Origin: the human T2T-CHM13v2.0 reference genome, Homo sapiens
Assembly: GCF_009914755.1 (NCBI RefSeq)
Contig: NC_060929.1
DNA length: 64,000 bases
Direction: 5' to 3' (one strand)
Position numbers and translations under genes: made by a program. Within the stretch, counting starts at the first letter, position 1. Every line of letters begins with the position of its first letter. Shown piece after piece: positions 59,578 through 64,000 of this stretch. Below the pieces are notes generated by a model. It was not told where the DNA came from. It made no database searches and saw only the letters and a list, made by a program, of their open reading frames with translations.

Positions 59578-59796
59578 TCTCAAACTCCTGGGTTCAAGTG
59601 ATCTTCCCATCTGCCTCTTGAGTAGCTGGCATTACAGGTGTGTACCACTGTATGCACACACACATACACAAACATGCATATAGACACACAGACATTCACA
59701 TGTATACACACAGAGAGATATACATATATCCACACATACTGATTAGATAAACATTTACACACACCAACACACACGTGCACACACACATATACACAC
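59578..59796 (-). mobile_element. Short Alu fragment followed by a degenerate (CA/TA)n tract
   Basis: tctcaaactcctgggttcaagtgatc...attacaggtgtgtaccactg, then CA-rich repeat. Confidence 0.75.
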
Positions 59797-59991
59797 CTTG
59801 TTTCCGTCTTCTCAGGAATCAGAACTCTCAGACAGTGGAAAGAGTCTTGTACCGTGAGTCAAAGATCGACTGTGCAACCTTGCACAAGTGTCTTCCCTTT
59901 TGAGATCTTGTTTATAACAATAAACATCCTTACCCACCAATTAGGGTTATTTTGAAGATGAAACAGAAAAAATAACAGAACGATGGCATGT

Positions 59992-60540
59992 TGTATAGTA
60001 AAAAAAAAAAAAAAAAAAAAAATTAACCTTGACCAAAAAGAGGTCTGGCCTTTCTCCTAGACTCCTGCGAAGTAACCATCAACACGTAATACCTGATAGG
60101 ACTATCTTTGCCTGCGGATCTTGGGTCATGATGGATTGTCTAGTAATGAGATTTAGGGTGGAGACTAGCCAGGCCAGGAAAATGGACTTTGTGATTTAGA
60201 GTCCGGGCTTTAGTTCACCCCTGGAAGGACTGGAGACCGGAAGCTGAGAGCAGCTGCGTGGACAATCAAGCATGCCTCTATGATGAAGTTCCAGTAAAAA
60301 CCCTGAATACTGAGGCTTGAGAGGAGCCTCACTGGCTGGGAATATTCCATGTGTATTGGCACATAGCAAAGCCAGGAGGGTAATGCCCTCTGACTGGATA
60401 GGGAGGGGATAATGGACACCCTATGCCTGGTGCCCTCCTGGATTCAGCCCTATGCCTCTCTTCCCCTGGCTGATTTTAATCTGTATCCTTTCTGTGCAAT
60501 CAAACTGTAACTATGAACACAACAGCTTTCTGTGAGTTGT
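59992..60540 (+). mobile_element. MER77/MER21-group LTR
   Basis: tgtatagtaaaa...ttaaccttgaccaaaaagaggtctggccttt...ggctgattttaatctgtatcctttc...aactgtaactatga. Confidence 0.7.
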
Positions 60541-61327
60541 AGCCAGTTCTTAGAGGTAATTAAGCAGAGTTGATCTACTGCCTGCTTGAAAAAACTATTT
60601 TAAAATCCCTAAACCAAAGAAGGCCAGAGCTTTCATGAATCTGACCCAACAGATTTTGAAGCCAAAGTTGAGGACATTTGAAGTCAAAGCCAGGCCAGAC
60701 AGAGAGTAGGCTCCTGGGAGGGAACAGGTGCAGTCCTGTTCAGGCTGCAGTGTTCCCGGGCTACAGCTGGACAAGGGCTCCCTCTGGGTCACAGCCTTTA
60801 GGGACAGGGGTTTGGGACTGGTCAACTATCTGATTTGTGGGACTCTGTTGATGAACTCAGCTGGGAAACTTTTGGTAATGGGAAGAGAATGGTTTTGTTT
60901 TTCCAAGTCATCTACCCGCTGCATGCTTTGATCCACATTGGAACGCAGTGTGGAAACTGCCTTTGAACAGACTAAGCCTCAACTCTGGACCATGTGTCCA
61001 GTTTTCTGGCCTCCAGCTTTGTTCACTCCTTACCTCTACCCATCACTGATGCCAGATCCATCCTCCCAAATATCCTTTTCATCATGTTACCCTCCCCACC
61101 ACCTCATGGCACCTTCTACAGAGAAGGAAATGTTTCCAACCTCAGCCTGGCATTCAAGGTTCTTTCTGATGTGGCCCAACTCTCACCACACCACTACATC
61201 TCCCCGTGGGCCCACCAAATTGGATCAATTTTTTCTATTCATGAGCTGAACTTTCCCACCTCCATTCTGTTGCTTACACTGTGACCTTCCTGTGAAGGTT
61301 CTCTTTCTCCCTCTCCCCAAGTCCAAA

Positions 61328-61428
61328 TGCTATAGACTGAATTGTGTCTCCCCAAAATTCGTATGTTGGAGCCCTAACCCCCTATATGATTGTATTTGGA
61401 AGTAGGGCTCTTAGCAGGTAATTAAGTG
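61328..61428 (+). mobile_element. MLT1A/B-like LTR 5' part, interrupted by L1
   Basis: tgctatagactgaattgtgtctccccaaaattcgtatgttggagccctaaccc. Confidence 0.75.
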
Positions 61429-62745
61429 AGGGAGGAGGGGCAGAGCAAGATGGCTAAATGGTAGTCTCTATCAATCATTCTCCCTGCAGGAAAATCAAAT
61501 TTGACAACTGTCTACACCAGAAAACCATCCTCATAAGAACCAAAAATCAGGTGAGGACTCACAGCACCTGGCTTTAACTTCATATCACAGAAAGAGGCAC
61601 TGAAGAGGGTGGGAAGGACAGTCTTGAAACAGCAATGTCGCGCCTCCCCCATCCCCCAGCAGGGGCGGCTGTGGTGCTCAGAGAGAATCTACGCACTTGG
61701 GGGAGGGAGAATGCAGCAACTGTGGGACTTTGCGTTGAACCCAGTGCTGCCCTATCACAGCGGAAAGCAAAACCAGGTGGAGCTCATGTGACACCTGCCC
61801 ATGGAGGGAGCATTGAGACCAGCCCTACCCGGAGGGGCTCACCCATCCCCGTAGTTAGAAGGCTTGAGGCTTGTGTTTTGACAATCCTTGGCCTGGCAGC
61901 CTATTATGCTCTGGGGCCCGAAATAAACTTGAAAGGCAGTCTAGACCATAAGGACTTCAACTCCTAGGCAAGTCCTAATGGCATGCTGGGCTCAGAGCCA
62001 GTGGACTCAGGGGGCACACGACCTAGTGAGACACCAGCCTGGGCAGCCAAGGGAGTGCTTGCACCACCCCTCCCCCAACCTCAGGCAGTGCAGCTTGCGG
62101 CAACAAAAGTGACTTCTTCCTTTTGCTTGAGGAGAGGAGGGGGAAGAGTAAAGAGGACTTTGTCTTACATCTCGGATACCAGCTCAGCCACAGTAGGATA
62201 GAGCACCAGTCAGAGTCGAGAGGCCCATATTCCAGGACCTAGCTCCTGAATTACATTTCTAGATACACCCTGGGCCAGAAGGGAATCTGCTGCCTTAAAG
62301 GAAAGAACCCAGTCCTGGCAGGATTCATCACCTTACTGACTCAAGAGCCCTTGGGCCCTGAATAGCCAACAGTGATACCCAGGTAGTATGCTATGGGCCT
62401 GGAGTAAGACTCTGAGACATGCTGGTGTCAGATGACACCCAGCACATTCCAGCTATGGTGGCTGTGGTGAGAGACTTCTTCTGCTTGAGAAAAGCAGAGG
62501 GAAAGGTAAAAGGGACTTTGTCTTGCAGCTTAGGTACCTCTTGGCCACAATGGGGTACAGCACCAAATGGGCTCTTGTGGTCACTGATTCTAGGCCTTGG
62601 CTCTTAGACAGCATTGCTGGACCTGCCCTGGGCCAGAGGGGAGCCAAGTGCCCTGAAGTTGAGTCCCAGGCCTGGAAGCTTTCACCACAAGTGACTTAAG
62701 AGCCCTTGGGCCCTAAGTGAACATTGACAGTAGCCTGACAGTACT
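61429..62745 (+). mobile_element. L1MA1-3 (L1M1)-type 5'UTR
   Basis: gggcagagcaagatggctaaat...aagaaccaaaaatcaggtgag; repeated ctgcttgaggaga...ggactttgtctt units. Confidence 0.8.
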
Positions 62746-62749
62746 AGTG

Positions 62750-63840
62750 TGTGAAGTATGTGACTCAAGGCGGGGTCCCTACCCCCGCTAAAACACTACC
62801 GCCAGCCAGCAGGCTCATGCACCTTGGCCTGTTGCTCCTAGGGGTCGCCTATGCTATTCAGCCAAGGGGACCACAGTGCCTGCTGGCCCAGCTGAGCTCC
62901 GCCTAGCCAGCCTGCCTGCCTCCTCTGCCATGGACTCTCCCTCTTCTGCTTTTCCCAGCAGGAAGGGCCCGGCCTGCCCTGTGCAACCTGCAGCCCCCCA
63001 ACCAGCTGAGGCTCCCCTCTTAGACTTATAAGTCTATGGCCAGTGGCATCTGGCTGCCTGCCCTCTCTGCCTCCCCCAGGATCCCTTCAGAGGGTCCTGG
63101 GCTTTCAGAGCCCCCCGAGGGGCCTCTGGCGCTCATTCCAGCCATCTATCCCTTTTGGCTTCACCATCCTGATTCAAGCAGTGTTCCTTCTCTATCAGGC
63201 CTGGTGGCTGTTGCTTGGGGCTCCCCAAGGTGAGAGGTGGCCCTGGGCCAGTGGGTTGGAAGACAGGGTGACCAGAGAAGAGGGAAGCCCGAGGGGGCTG
63301 AGCATTGGTCTGAACTATGGGTGCACTGCCTGGGTGCCGTGGGAGACGCCAGGGTGTGTGGGGTGGGGAGGGCGGCCACAGCCCCCAAACACTACCTGTG
63401 AGGCTCCGGTTCCTCCCTCCACCTTCCTCCCCTTTCCCTTCCAGCCCCTCTTTTCCAGGAACCTTGCCACACCCGCACCTGCACCCTGTCCCCGCTGGCC
63501 CTCCCACAGCTGCTGCAGCAGGCACAGCACGCCCTTGCTCTGCGCTTGCCTCACCAGCTCTCTGCTTGCTTTTCTCACTCGTGTTTTCTCTCTGCTTTCT
63601 CTCCAACTGCCAGCCGATCGGGTCAGGCAAGTCCATCCTGTCCTGAGAGCCCCAGGCACCCCTTGACCTCTAAACAGATCCCTCCTCCCTTTCCAAGCCT
63701 GCCTGGGCAGGTGTCCTGTGACTTGACAGTGGCTCCCCCAGTCCCAAAGCCAGCCCCCTTCATCTGTGACTTAGTCTGTTGTAGTGGTAAGCTGACACAT
63801 CCAGGGGTGACCGTTGCTGAAAACTTGTGCCCCTTCTGTG
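62750..63840 (+). other. Unidentified GC-rich block abutting the L1 5'UTR; resembles a retrocopied or duplicated mRNA 3'UTR
   Basis: Abrupt switch away from L1 sequence; no TE consensus recognised; ORFs present but no recognisable domain; parent gene not identified. Confidence 0.4.
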
Positions 63841-64000
63841 TGTATTGCTTGTTACCTGAATTCCAAAGTAGCCTGGGATCAAGGGTTGAATCGTTCATGA
63901 TTTGCTCCATAACCTGTGTGCTTCTTATCCCAGACCAAACTAAGCTTTTTTCTAGAGTTCTACAATTTACAGTTAGTAGACAAGAGTGGTACTCAAAGAT

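Noticed and set aside
63043-63666. 207-aa ORF as a protein-coding gene
   Set aside because: Low-complexity Pro/Ser/Leu composition, overlapping ORFs on both strands and no recognisable domain

Overview
Primate genomic DNA, most likely human or another hominoid (AluY-like, L1PA3-like, LTR12/ERV9, MST and MER elements). It is mostly transposable-element debris. It contains an ERVL pol remnant at the left end and a full-length L1PA8-like element on the minus strand (4166-11017, 15-bp TSD). It also holds a 3'-truncated near-full-length older L1PA (49068-55082), a young 5'-truncated L1PA3-like insertion, three ERV9/LTR12 solo LTRs, an LTR8/HUERS-P1 fragment with a tRNA-Pro PBS, about 16 Alus and several DNA-transposon MITEs. 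No intact protein-coding gene is recognisable; the listed ORFs are TE fragments or chance ORFs. The points worth a second look are: a perfect 37-bp fold-back palindrome and a 120-bp-period duplication inside the full-length L1; locally duplicated non-TE segments carrying splice-site-like motifs (possible microexon cluster, 11.6-21.4 kb); a candidate CTCF site at about 55.65 kb; a 102-bp L1 5'UTR piece apparently copied from 13.5 kb away; multi-level nested insertions; and an unidentified GC-rich block (62.75-63.84 kb) that resembles a retrocopied 3'UTR. Repeat family names come from recalled consensus sequences, not a database search, and the boundaries of old repeats are approximate. I found no convincing novel biological system; the findings are candidate observations.
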